From NCBI GenBank assembly GCA_963663965.2, contig CAXXFK010000027.1, forward strand, positions 1-64,000: a stretch of DNA of 64,000 nt, read 5' to 3'. The position numbers and the translations under genes were made by a program. Under the pieces are notes generated by a model that searched no databases, was not told where the DNA came from, and was given only the letters and a program-made list of their open reading frames with translations. Origin of the DNA: Sedimentisphaerales bacterium. Lineage in GTDB: Bacteria; Planctomycetota; Phycisphaerae; Sedimentisphaerales; SM23-30. This document shows, in pieces, positions 27,373 to 37,327 of this stretch (position 1 is its first letter; each line of letters begins with the position of its first letter).

Positions 27373-28074
27373 ATGAAAGCGTGTTATACGATTATCATGG
27401 GTTGTATGATGTGCGTGGCAATCGGATGCAGCAGTTCGAACGAGCCGGGTTCGACGGCGGGTCAATGGCAGGAGGATTTTGACCTGAGTAACAGAACGCT
27501 GGTGAGCAGCGGGCGGAACCGGTATTTTATTCTGGAGCCGGGCTTTCAGCTGGTATTGGAAGGCGGCGATGAAAAACTGGCGATCACGGTACTGGATGAG
27601 ACGGAGGTGGTGGATGGGGTGACGACCCGGATCGTGGAGGAACGGGAATGGAATGATGGAAAGCTGGTGGAGGTATCGCGTAACTACTTTGCCATGTGCG
27701 AGAAATCGGGCGATATCTTCTATTTTGGCGAGGCGGTGGATGATTATCAGGATGGCCAGTTGAGTGGCCATGGCGGCGCGTGGCGCGCAGGTGAGAAAGA
27801 CGCCAGGGCCGGCCTGATCATGCCGGGAACCGCAACGGCAGGCCAGAAATATTATCAGGAGATGGCGCCGGGCGTGGCGATGGACCGGGCCGAGGTGATC
27901 CGTGTTTCGGAGACTTTCAAGACACCGGCGGGTATCTTTGAGCAGTGTCTGAAAACCCGGGAAGGGACCGCGCTGAATCCGCTCGAGAAAGAATATAAAT
28001 ATTACGCGCCGGGGATTGGATTAATCCAGGATGGGGATATGCTGCTGGTCAAACAGGGATTTGTTGGCCAGTAA
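27373..28074 (+). CDS. Hypothetical lipoprotein
   Basis: Lipobox-like AIGC; conserved-looking NYFA..GDIFYFGEAVD and YYAPGIGLI. Confidence 0.75.
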   Translation: MKACYTIIMGCMMCVAIGCSSSNEPGSTAGQWQEDFDLSNRTLVSSGRNRYFILEPGFQLVLEGGDEKLAITVLDETEVVDGVTTRIVEEREWNDGKLVEVSRNYFAMCEKSGDIFYFGEAVDDYQDGQLSGHGGAWRAGEKDARAGLIMPGTATAGQKYYQEMAPGVAMDRAEVIRVSETFKTPAGIFEQCLKTREGTALNPLEKEYKYYAPGIGLIQDGDMLLVKQGFVGQ

Positions 28075-28112
28075 TGCAATATCTAACCAATGGGTAATTG
28101 CCAGTTACCCTC

Positions 28113-29405
28113 CTATAGATGCCAGGGGGCACGCATCGGAGTCGTGAGGTATTTGGCGGCCATGGGGTGATCGGTGATCGTTTCGGTTTTGGGATCCCAA
28201 TGGAACCGGGCGCCGCCAAAGCGCATGGATATATTGAGTAAATGGCAGATAATGGCGGTATGGCAACCGACATGCACCGGGGCCATGGTTTGGGCGCGGG
28301 ACTTGACGCAGTCGAGGAAATTGCGATGGTGACTGGGAGTGCGGCCCAGGTGGATTTCGCCGGGCATAATGGTTTCGTTCAGCAAGCGGGGATCGCTGGC
28401 TTCCAGGTTACCGCCGTGGATATGGATGAAGACCCAGCCATCGTCACCCACAAATTTGATCCCACGCGGTTCATCATGCGTTCCGATCATCTTAACGCCG
28501 TTGGCATAAGTGCATTCAAACCGGAAATTAAAATAGGTGTTGTACATATTGCTGTCGGGTAATTCTCCATAGGCCTCGTATTCCACCGGAACGGTATCGT
28601 CCGTATTGTTGCCAAGTTGTCCCAGGTCGATCACGTGCGCCCCGCGGTCCGTCATCTCGCCACCGCCGTAATCCATGATAAAGCGCCAGTAAAAATGACA
28701 GCGCTTGGGGTGATATGGCTTATACGGCGTCGGTCCCTGCCAGAAATTCCAGTCCAACTCGCCCGGCGGCTCCGTTGATACATATTCGCCCAGATCATTC
28801 AAAATGGCAAGATGATGAGGTTCCGTCGTGGGCAGATTGACAATCATTTTGCGCAGCCGGCCGATGCGGCCGTTGCGAACCAGTTCGCAGGCATAGCGGG
28901 CCATGGCGCGGGAACGTTCGTGGCTGCCGGTTTGAAAGACCCGTCCATAACGCTGAACCGTATCGCGTACGGCGATGGCTTCGGCGATGGTGTTGGTCAG
29001 CGGTTTTTCGCAGTAGATATCCTTGCCGGCCTTGGCGGCGGCGATAGAGATCAGTCCATGCCAGTGGTCCGGAGGACAGATGCAAACGGCATCGATATCG
29101 GAACGGGCGATGATCTCGCGAAAATCACGGCAGGTCTTGAGATCTTCGCTATGATAATGATCGCGAACCATGACGCGGGCCTGTTCAAGGTGCCCGGCAT
29201 CGACATCGCAGAGAGCGACCACCCGGCAATCGGTGTGCGGAAGGAAATTGCGGATATTGTTGCACCCCTGGCCGCCCAGACCGATACCCGCCAATTGGAT
29301 ACGGTTGCTGGGGGCATTGGCGCCGAAAACAGTTTGAGGAACAATAGCAGGCAGACCGATAGCTGCCGCGGCCGATGATTTGAGAAATGTTCTGCGATCA
29401 ATCAT
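28113..29405 (-). CDS. Tat-exported Gfo/Idh/MocA-family oxidoreductase
   Basis: DRRTFLK Tat signal, IGLGGQG, PPDHWH, YCEKPL and DRGAHVID. Confidence 0.92.
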   Translation of the reverse strand: MIDRRTFLKSSAAAAIGLPAIVPQTVFGANAPSNRIQLAGIGLGGQGCNNIRNFLPHTDCRVVALCDVDAGHLEQARVMVRDHYHSEDLKTCRDFREIIARSDIDAVCICPPDHWHGLISIAAAKAGKDIYCEKPLTNTIAEAIAVRDTVQRYGRVFQTGSHERSRAMARYACELVRNGRIGRLRKMIVNLPTTEPHHLAILNDLGEYVSTEPPGELDWNFWQGPTPYKPYHPKRCHFYWRFIMDYGGGEMTDRGAHVIDLGQLGNNTDDTVPVEYEAYGELPDSNMYNTYFNFRFECTYANGVKMIGTHDEPRGIKFVGDDGWVFIHIHGGNLEASDPRLLNETIMPGEIHLGRTPSHHRNFLDCVKSRAQTMAPVHVGCHTAIICHLLNISMRFGGARFHWDPKTETITDHPMAAKYLTTPMRAPWHL

Positions 29406-29698
29406 GGTCGAATCTCTCCAATTGGAGTTCTTGTTTTTAACCAGATACTGAAACTTGGAACGCTTTTGATAATATACCATACGCAATCCAATGTCGAATT
29501 ATTTCATTAAATGGGCTAACTGATTGAATCAAAAGCAATACGGATTTCTGATGTATCGTCCGACAGATCCAGTAATTAGTTGTTTTGGGATTCGTCTTAA
29601 GATATAATGCTACTTTGCGGTGTCGGCCTGCGGCACTGTTGCTTCTGTAATTTTATATTTCACAGACATTTACATTTAACAGAAAGAGTTTTGCCGGC

Positions 29699-30880
29699 AT
29701 GTTTATTCCGATAGGCACCGACAACCCGCTACGTAAGAGCCCTACCGCCAACTATTTCTTGATATTCGCGAATTTCGCGATCTTTTTCATTACGTACCAT
29801 CCACATCTTGACTCGATGGGCCACTTGTCATCAGTCAGAAATTCGGTTTTGCCGTTTGAATTGAATCCGGGCGCTCCCATGCTGCATCAGTATATCACCT
29901 ATGCCTTTCTGCACGCGGGCTGGATGCACATCATTGGCAATATGCTGTTTTTGTATATTTTTGGCAATAATGTGAATGACAGACTGGGACACCTGGGATA
30001 TCTGCTGTTGTACCTGGGCGGCGCGGTATTCAGTGGTCTGGGCCATTCACTGGTCAGTGACAGTCCGGTGCTGGGCGCTTCGGGGGCGGTGGCCACGGTT
30101 ACCGGGGCCTATATGGTGCTGTTTCCCAAGACCTATATTAATGTACTGTACGTACTGCTGTTTATCGGAACCATTGAGGTGCCGGCGGTCTATTTCATTT
30201 TGTTTAAGCTGATTATTTTCGATAATGTCCTGCCGCATTTCAGCGCGGAAAGCTCAAATATTGCCTATAGCGCGCATCTGGCGGGATATTTATATGGCAT
30301 CACCATTCCTCTGGCGTTACTAATCTTCAAACTCCTGCCGCATAGTCATTATGATCTATGGGCGCTGGTGAAACGATGGAAACGCAAGAAGGAGTTCAAT
30401 AACGTCGTGAGCAGTGGATACGACCCATTCCGGGGCACGTTTGGTGTCCGGAAGAAGGTCAAAGCCAGGATCAGAGATGGTTCAGCCGAGTTAACCGAAG
30501 ATGAGTTGCAGCAACGCAGGGCGGCGATATCGGAATCGCTGACACAAACCGACCTGGAATCGGCGGCCCGATTGTATCTGGAATTATTGACTCTGGATGA
30601 TCAACAGACCATGCCGATGCAGCAGCAACTGGATATTGCCAACAAACTGGCCCAGAATGAAGATTACTCCAACGCGGCGCGCGCTTACGAGCTGTTTGTT
30701 GGAGCGTATCCATCCTATCCGAGAATGGAGCAAATCCATTTGATGCTGGGGTGGATATACAGCCGGTACCTGAAGAACAAAGCTGACGGTTTGAAATACC
30801 TGAAGCAGGCAGTGGAAAAACTGTCCGATTCCAATCAGATCGCAATGTGCCAGGCAGAGATCGAACGGCTGGAAAAATAG
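29699..30880 (+). CDS. Rhomboid-family intramembrane serine protease with C-terminal TPR-like domain
   Basis: FLHAGWMHIIGNM, GASGA and AHLAG motifs; helical C-terminus. Confidence 0.9.
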   Translation: MFIPIGTDNPLRKSPTANYFLIFANFAIFFITYHPHLDSMGHLSSVRNSVLPFELNPGAPMLHQYITYAFLHAGWMHIIGNMLFLYIFGNNVNDRLGHLGYLLLYLGGAVFSGLGHSLVSDSPVLGASGAVATVTGAYMVLFPKTYINVLYVLLFIGTIEVPAVYFILFKLIIFDNVLPHFSAESSNIAYSAHLAGYLYGITIPLALLIFKLLPHSHYDLWALVKRWKRKKEFNNVVSSGYDPFRGTFGVRKKVKARIRDGSAELTEDELQQRRAAISESLTQTDLESAARLYLELLTLDDQQTMPMQQQLDIANKLAQNEDYSNAARAYELFVGAYPSYPRMEQIHLMLGWIYSRYLKNKADGLKYLKQAVEKLSDSNQIAMCQAEIERLEK

Positions 30881-31021
30881 TCAAGCCGCTTTCTGAGATA
30901 TGAATAGCCCAATCATTAAGATGAATGATGAGAGCGTTTCCTTAATTCCGGGAAGCACAACAACGGGGCTAATGGATTTGATTCAAGCCATAAAACTAAC
31001 ACCCATTTGGAGTAACGATAT

Positions 31022-32095
31022 ATGCAGGTAGCATTGTTCGGATTGTCCCAATCCGGTAAAACAACACTGTTTACAGCGCTGACCGGACACCATCCCGATC
31101 CGGTGGCGGCGGCGACACCGGGGCACATCGAAAAAACCATTGTCAAGGTGCCGGATCCGCGCCTGGATAAACTGACCGAGATGTATAAACCCAAGAAGAC
31201 GACCCACGCGACCATCGAATTTCTGGATCTGCCGGGCCTGGACTTTACCAGTGAAGGCGGCAAACAGGAGTCGCGCCGCACCATCGCCCAGGCGCGTCAG
31301 GCGGACATGCTGGTGGCCGTGGTGCGGGCATTTGCCAATGATTCTGTCATGGCGTATAAAAACCGGATCGACCCGGCGGGCGATCTTGACGAACTGCAAT
31401 CGGAAATGTTGATGGCGGATATGGAATCGGTTGCCAATCGCATCGAAAAACTGGAAAAATCGGTCCGCAAGCCCTCCAAAACCCAGGATAAGGAAAAGCG
31501 CGAACTGGAACTCATGATGCGCTGTAATGAGAAGCTGGAGAAGCTGGAGCCGCTGGCCGGTGTGATCGAAAACGCCGATGAAGAAAAAATCGTCAAGAGT
31601 TTCGGATTTCTGACCATGAAACCGCTTTGTATCGTATTGAATATCGGCGAAGATCATTTGCAGGAAGCGCCGGCAGTGGAGATCCCCGGCAATATTCCCA
31701 TGATCCCGCTGGCGGCGGAGATCGAAGCGGAACTGGCTTCGCTGGACGAGGCGGATCGCGGCGCGTTTCTGGACGACCTGGGAATTAGTGAAATCGCCCG
31801 GGATAAGTTGATTAATCATTGCTATACCGATTGTAAGCTGATTTCGTTTCTGACCGCCGGCGAAGATGAAGTGCGTGCCTGGACGATTCCTTACGATTGC
31901 CCGGCGGTTGAGGCGGCCGGCGCCATCCACAGCGATATCCAACGCGGCTTTATCCGTGCGGAGACGGTCAGCTATGAGGATCTGATGGCCTGCGGTGATA
32001 TGAAAGGCGCCAAAGCGGCCGGCAAAGTACGCCTGGAGGGCAAAACCTACCCGGTAAAGGATGGCGATATCATTAATTTCCGGTTTAATGTCTGA
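31022..32095 (+). CDS. ychF: YchF/OLA1-family ATPase (Obg family)
   Basis: GLSQSGKTTLF, VPDPRLD, DLPGL, EVRAWTI, AGAIHSDIQRGFIRAE and RLEGKTYPVKDGDII. Confidence 0.92.
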   Translation: MQVALFGLSQSGKTTLFTALTGHHPDPVAAATPGHIEKTIVKVPDPRLDKLTEMYKPKKTTHATIEFLDLPGLDFTSEGGKQESRRTIAQARQADMLVAVVRAFANDSVMAYKNRIDPAGDLDELQSEMLMADMESVANRIEKLEKSVRKPSKTQDKEKRELELMMRCNEKLEKLEPLAGVIENADEEKIVKSFGFLTMKPLCIVLNIGEDHLQEAPAVEIPGNIPMIPLAAEIEAELASLDEADRGAFLDDLGISEIARDKLINHCYTDCKLISFLTAGEDEVRAWTIPYDCPAVEAAGAIHSDIQRGFIRAETVSYEDLMACGDMKGAKAAGKVRLEGKTYPVKDGDIINFRFNV

Positions 32096-32120
32096 TAGCA
32101 GTCAGGAATCAATTTCAGTT

Positions 32121-32837
32121 ATGATCGTTCGATATCTAAAATGGTGTACTCCATCGGGATTGCTGAACTGGTATGGCAACCTTAAAAAGCAACAGGCCGT
32201 CCAGGCGCAAGATCGTAAGGCCGCCAGATTGATTGAAGCCTATCTGGCCGGACATGATGAAGCCCGGCTGCAACTGGGCTGCGGCCCGAATCTGATGACC
32301 GGCTGGCTGAATACCGATTATGATGACCGGGAAGAATCGGTGGCATTTCTGGATTGCACCCAGCCGTTTCCGTTGCCGGACAATCGCTTTCATTATGTGT
32401 TTTCCGAACATCTGATCGAACATCTGGACTATACCGACGGTTCTCATATGCTGCGGGAGGCGTACCGGGTGTTACGGCCGGGCGGCCGGTTGAGAGTAAC
32501 GACGCCAAATTTCAACTTTTTGATTGCGTTATGTCAACCGGATAAAAGCGAGCTGCAGGAACGGTATATTCAATGGTGCGCGGAGAAATGGCCGGGCGTT
32601 CATCAGCCGGAAGATGTGTATGTCGTCAATAACTTTTTCCGGGACTGGGGCCATCGATTTATTTACGCTCCCCAGGTTTTGTGTCAGGTCTTGGAACAAA
32701 TTGGTTTCAAAGACATCCAGATTTTACGAGCTGGGCAAAGTGATGACCCGAATTTAAAGAGCCTGGAAAAACATGGCACCATTATCGGTGATGATTTTAA
32801 CGATCTGGAAACGTTTTCCGTGGAAGCCGTTAAATAA
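32121..32837 (+). CDS. Class I SAM-dependent methyltransferase
   Basis: LQLGCG, GWLNTD, FSEHLIEHL and RVLRPGGRLRVTTP. Confidence 0.85.
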   Translation: MIVRYLKWCTPSGLLNWYGNLKKQQAVQAQDRKAARLIEAYLAGHDEARLQLGCGPNLMTGWLNTDYDDREESVAFLDCTQPFPLPDNRFHYVFSEHLIEHLDYTDGSHMLREAYRVLRPGGRLRVTTPNFNFLIALCQPDKSELQERYIQWCAEKWPGVHQPEDVYVVNNFFRDWGHRFIYAPQVLCQVLEQIGFKDIQILRAGQSDDPNLKSLEKHGTIIGDDFNDLETFSVEAVK

Positions 32838-32871
32838 GCCCCCCTTTTGCCAATCACAGGGATAGTCATTT

Positions 32872-34131
32872 ATGAAAGCAACCATCATCGGCATAGGCGA
32901 TGAACTCATACTCGGCCAATCCATCGATACCAATTCGGCCTGGCTGGCCGGCCATCTGACCGCGATGGGTTTTGACATCACCGAACATATTACCCTGGGC
33001 GATCATCTGGCGGATCTGGTTGACACCTTGCGGCGTTGCTGTGCCTCTTCGCAAGTCGTCATCGCCACGGGTGGTCTGGGCCCCACGGAAGATGACCTGA
33101 CCCGCTTCGCGCTGGCGGAACTTTTAGGCTGTGAATTGAAACCAGATCCGGAAGCGCTCCGTCAGATCGCAGCCGTATTCCAGCGGATCGGACGGCCCAT
33201 GACCCAGGCCAATCAAGTCCAGGGTTTGATACCTGCTAAAGCCAGTATTATCGCTAACCGTAACGGGACCGCGCCGGGATTGCAGGCCCAATGGCAGGAT
33301 TGCCGGCTGTATTTCATGCCGGGGGTTCCCGCGGAAATGAAAGAGATGTTCGAACATGCCATCCAGCCGGACCTGACTGACTGGATGAACCGACAGGGCC
33401 GGCCTGATATGCTGGTTACCCGTCTGCTCCATACCTGCGGCGAGGGCGAATCGAATATAGGCGCCGCGCTGAAAGATCTGATGCGACGCGGGGCCAATCC
33501 GACCGTCAATACGACCGCTAAAGAAGGTGTCGTCACCGTCCGGATCAACGCACGGGCTAACAGCGAAGAGGCGGCCCGTCAACTGATTCAACCGATTGAA
33601 GCCGATATCCTTCAGCGGATCGGCACGTATGTCTTTGGCTTCGATCAGCAGACCATGCAAGAAGTGGTCATCGACACTATGCGCTCCCGTAACCTGACCC
33701 TGACTGTGGCGGAAAGCTGCACTGGGGGCTTCCTGGGACAAACCCTTACCCAGGCGCCGGGCAGCAGCGATGTTTTTCATGGCGGATGGATCTGTTACAG
33801 CAACACACTGAAAATGAACCTGCTGGGGGTTAACCCGGATGACCTGGACCAGCATGGGGCTGTCAGTGAACCGGTGGTTTTACAACTGGCGGCCAATGCC
33901 CGTTTAAAATCCGGCGCTGATCTGGCGCTGGCCATCAGCGGTATCGCCGGACCGGGAGGCGGCAGCGAAGACAAACCCGTGGGAACGGTGTGGATCGGTC
34001 TGGCCTCGCCGCAGGAAACCCAGGCATACTGTTTTCATTTTATCGGAGACCGGGAACGGATCCGAATACGGAGTGTGAATATGGCGTTACAGCTGCTTTA
34101 TCAATATCTCAACCGGAAGCCGGTGAATTGA
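32872..34131 (+). CDS. cinA: Competence/damage-inducible protein CinA (MoCF-like plus PncC NMN deamidase domain)
   Basis: IGDELILG..DTNS, TGGLGPTEDD, PGVPAEM, AESCTGG and SGIAGPGGG..KPVGTV. Confidence 0.93.
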   Translation: MKATIIGIGDELILGQSIDTNSAWLAGHLTAMGFDITEHITLGDHLADLVDTLRRCCASSQVVIATGGLGPTEDDLTRFALAELLGCELKPDPEALRQIAAVFQRIGRPMTQANQVQGLIPAKASIIANRNGTAPGLQAQWQDCRLYFMPGVPAEMKEMFEHAIQPDLTDWMNRQGRPDMLVTRLLHTCGEGESNIGAALKDLMRRGANPTVNTTAKEGVVTVRINARANSEEAARQLIQPIEADILQRIGTYVFGFDQQTMQEVVIDTMRSRNLTLTVAESCTGGFLGQTLTQAPGSSDVFHGGWICYSNTLKMNLLGVNPDDLDQHGAVSEPVVLQLAANARLKSGADLALAISGIAGPGGGSEDKPVGTVWIGLASPQETQAYCFHFIGDRERIRIRSVNMALQLLYQYLNRKPVN

Positions 34132-35059
34132 TCCGCATCTTACCACCATGATACCAGTTAAAGAAGCGGTTCATTCCGGGCAGGCGAATCCGGCTGAAAT
34201 ATTCGATTTTTTCCCGTAACGATAGATAGCCTCGATACCGACGATACAATTCCCAACCCCGATCCTCCTGATTGGACCGGCACAATTCTTTGATATAACT
34301 GCCAATCCGCCTTAAGGTAAAATGGATGATATCCGACCGCCAGGGCTGATCTTGCGAGTCTTGCAAGTGTTCATCCAGCATCTGACAAATCGTATGGATC
34401 CGGTCGCTGAACTGCATGATATCGTTGGCGCTGCCGGAACGGCCAAAATCATAATGCACCAGGGGCGCCGATAGGTATCCGATCCGGGGATCGGTTCGGG
34501 CGATCCGCAGCCACAGATCGGTATCTTCGCCAAAGTGGCGGCCGACCCGAAACCCCCCCACCTGATAAAACAGATCTTTACGAATCAGCAGGCAACTGGG
34601 CAACACTACCACACCCTGATCATCCAATTGGTAAAAAGTTAGAATTTTGCCATCACGGGGCGATTCGGATCCGGCCGGATGGCCGGGCAGTACATAAGCA
34701 CAGGAAATCCAGTTGAGATCAGGTTGTTCTTTAAGGAAATTCAGCTGGGCCGCTATTTTTTCCGGCAACCAGCTATCATCGGCATCCAGAAAAGCGATCC
34801 ATGTTCCAGTGGCCGCTTCGACCCCGGCATTGCGGGCAGCGCTGACACCGCTGTTTTCCTGGTAAAGATACCGAACCTGATCGCCATAACCTTTTGCGAT
34901 ATCAACGGTTCGGTCGGTCGAGCCATCATCTACAATAATGATTTCATCGACCGCCATCGTTTGACTCAAGATGCTATCCAGCGCCCGGCCAAGATAATCC
35001 TGAACATTCCAGGCAGGCACGACAACGCTGACAGGGAGATGATCACTTTGGGACTTCAT
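34109..35059 (-). CDS. Glycosyltransferase family 2
   Basis: SVVVPAWN, VDDGSTD, ARNAG, FLDADD and GEDTDLW. Confidence 0.92.
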   Translation of the reverse strand: MKSQSDHLPVSVVVPAWNVQDYLGRALDSILSQTMAVDEIIIVDDGSTDRTVDIAKGYGDQVRYLYQENSGVSAARNAGVEAATGTWIAFLDADDSWLPEKIAAQLNFLKEQPDLNWISCAYVLPGHPAGSESPRDGKILTFYQLDDQGVVVLPSCLLIRKDLFYQVGGFRVGRHFGEDTDLWLRIARTDPRIGYLSAPLVHYDFGRSGSANDIMQFSDRIHTICQMLDEHLQDSQDQPWRSDIIHFTLRRIGSYIKELCRSNQEDRGWELYRRYRGYLSLREKIEYFSRIRLPGMNRFFNWYHGGKMRINSPASG

Positions 35060-36038
35060 AACCTCTCATCTTATTGAAACTTTGGATTTTTTCCAGCCAT
35101 TTCCGGCTTTGCGATGAGCCGGGCGCGATCAGACGGGTAAAAACCGCCATGGCCCAGCGATACGACCCGGGTAACAGGCGGCGATAGCGTTTTAAAAGCT
35201 GCCGCATTTTAGCCAGTTCACCCGCCTGATAATATTGACTGACAAACCGCCGGATATTTCGATCTACAAATCCCCGGACCCCATCATAACAGCCATGCCG
35301 GCCGGCCAGTTCCAGATGTTCATCAAACAGTTCGCACATCACCCGCACTTTTTCATCATCCTGAGTCGCCACGGTCAGGCTGTCGGGGCGGAATTGATGG
35401 TACAGGACCAGTGGTTCACAAACAAATCCAAACTGGGGCCAGCGATAGGCAATCCGCCACCACATCTCGATATCTTCGGCAAAACGCAGGCCTTCCCGAA
35501 AGAGTCCAACCTGATCGAAAACCTGGCGGGCAATCATCATGGTGCTGGGCGGCCACCAGATATAGGATAGGTTGGCCAGAAAAAACGATTCGAACCAGTC
35601 CTGGCCGCGGGTAATCGCCCGGCAATAGTCTACCGGTTTCATCAGGCTTCGGTCGCCGGTCGCCACATTCAGCATTTCGTGATTACAACTGCCCCAGACC
35701 AGATCCGGATGAGCCAGCAGGCTGGTCAGTTGTTTTTCCAGCCGCTCGGGAAACCACTCATCATCACCATCCAGCAGCGCGATCCACTGACCGCTGGAAG
35801 CCCGAATACCAGTATTGCGGGCGCCGGGCAAACCGCGATTTTCCTGATAGAGATATCGCACCCGGTCCGGGTCGTAGTTTTGAATAATCCGGGCGGTTTC
35901 ATCCGTTGAGCCATCATCCACCACAATAATTTCCGTATCGGGCCAGGTCTGGGCCAACGCGCTTTCGATCGCGTTACCCACATAGGCCTCGATATTATAG
36001 GCAGGGATAATAATGCTGACCCTGGGATACTTATTCAA
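35043..36038 (-). CDS. Glycosyltransferase family 2
   Basis: SIIIPAYN, VDDGSTD, ARNTG, LLDGDD and AEDIEMW. The likely TTG start overlaps the upstream stop. Confidence 0.9.
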   Translation of the reverse strand: MNKYPRVSIIIPAYNIEAYVGNAIESALAQTWPDTEIIVVDDGSTDETARIIQNYDPDRVRYLYQENRGLPGARNTGIRASSGQWIALLDGDDEWFPERLEKQLTSLLAHPDLVWGSCNHEMLNVATGDRSLMKPVDYCRAITRGQDWFESFFLANLSYIWWPPSTMMIARQVFDQVGLFREGLRFAEDIEMWWRIAYRWPQFGFVCEPLVLYHQFRPDSLTVATQDDEKVRVMCELFDEHLELAGRHGCYDGVRGFVDRNIRRFVSQYYQAGELAKMRQLLKRYRRLLPGSYRWAMAVFTRLIAPGSSQSRKWLEKIQSFNKMRGYEVPK

Positions 36039-37074
36039 GCGACTGCCCCCCTTTTTCTGCAAACGCTTCACGTTTTTTCCGCTCATCACTCAAGATGATT
36101 TTATTTATCCAGTCACCCATTTGCCACAACCGCTTTTTACCCAGCGTAAACTGGATTCTCAGGTTGATCAGGAATGGAAAGATCGCCAGCAGGCTTAACA
36201 GGCATTTTACTTTGAAAGAAAGCAAGTGACCAAACCGGGCATGAAGCCGACGCACCCAATCCCACCGGGATAATCGGATACACTCACAGAGATTATGCCC
36301 GATCAACATCGTGAAAAACTGACGAATAAACTCGGCATGTTCAGGATACCGCCGCGCCATCCAGAGGTGTCTGCGGTACATCGATGTCATATGAGGAAGC
36401 CGGCCGGCAATCGGCTGGGAGGAGATATTGGCCTGGTGAAAATGATAGACTGCCAGCGGCCGGTTGATATAGCCGATTCGCGGGGCCAGATAGGCCAGCC
36501 GTAGATAGAGGTCCAGATCATGATTACACTTCTGAGTAACGCGAAACAAGCCGGTCCGCAATAATAACGAACGACGCACGATCAGGACAATGGTATAGGC
36601 CCAGGCCCGGAAATACAAGGCTTGAAATACACTGTCAAAATAGTCTTTGCCATTCAGCAAAGCCGCGGCAATCCGGGGATCCAGATCCAGTGACCCATCC
36701 TGACGTTCCAGGGCGCTCGACACCCAGTCCAGCTCCGGATATTTTCGTAATAAGGCCATCTGGCATGCCAGTTTGTCCGGCTTCCAGACATCGTCGGCAT
36801 CCTGATAGGCAATCCATTCATAACGGGCGGCACAGGTTCCGGTATTGCGGGCGGCGGCGGCGCCACGGTTGGATTGATAAAGATAACGCACCCTGCCGCC
36901 ATAACTTTCGACGATGGACCGGGTTTGATCCGTCGAGCCATCATCGACGACAATCACTTCATCAGGAAGCAAGGTCTGGTTCAAAATACTATCGAGACAA
37001 CGGGCGATCGTTTTTTCTCCGTTGTGAACCGGCACGATGACACTGATTCCAGTTTTGTCATTTTTATTCATCAT
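36031..37074 (-). CDS. Glycosyltransferase family 2
   Basis: SVIVPVHN, VDDGSTD, ARNTG and QDADD. Confidence 0.92.
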   Translation of the reverse strand: MMNKNDKTGISVIVPVHNGEKTIARCLDSILNQTLLPDEVIVVDDGSTDQTRSIVESYGGRVRYLYQSNRGAAAARNTGTCAARYEWIAYQDADDVWKPDKLACQMALLRKYPELDWVSSALERQDGSLDLDPRIAAALLNGKDYFDSVFQALYFRAWAYTIVLIVRRSLLLRTGLFRVTQKCNHDLDLYLRLAYLAPRIGYINRPLAVYHFHQANISSQPIAGRLPHMTSMYRRHLWMARRYPEHAEFIRQFFTMLIGHNLCECIRLSRWDWVRRLHARFGHLLSFKVKCLLSLLAIFPFLINLRIQFTLGKKRLWQMGDWINKIILSDERKKREAFAEKGGQSLE

Positions 37075-37126
37075 TTGGAGACATTCAGTTACTAGTTAAA
37101 ACAACGGAAGTCAACTCCTTCAGTTG

Positions 37127-37327
37127 GAGCCCCTAACAAAATGAGTTTTCTACTACGGCCGGCTGCAAAAGTGGTCCGCGGCGTTCTCGGGACCCAACAT
37201 CCTCGACAACCCATATGAGGGTTGCCTGCGGGTGTTTGATCCCTGCGGCCCACCTGAGGCGGATCTTCGACCTTGCTGACCACTTTTTCGCTCGGTCTCA
37301 CCACAAAAATCATTTTGTCAGGAACTC
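37127..37327. mobile_element. MITE-like element (201 bp) with 23-bp imperfect IRs and 3-bp duplication TTG
   Basis: GAGCCCCTAACAAAATGAGTTTT versus the reverse complement GAGTTCCTGACAAAATGATTTTT (19/23 identical). TTG occurs at 37124-37126 and 37328-37330. Internal inverted pair AAAAGTGGTC/GACCACTTTT. Confidence 0.75.
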
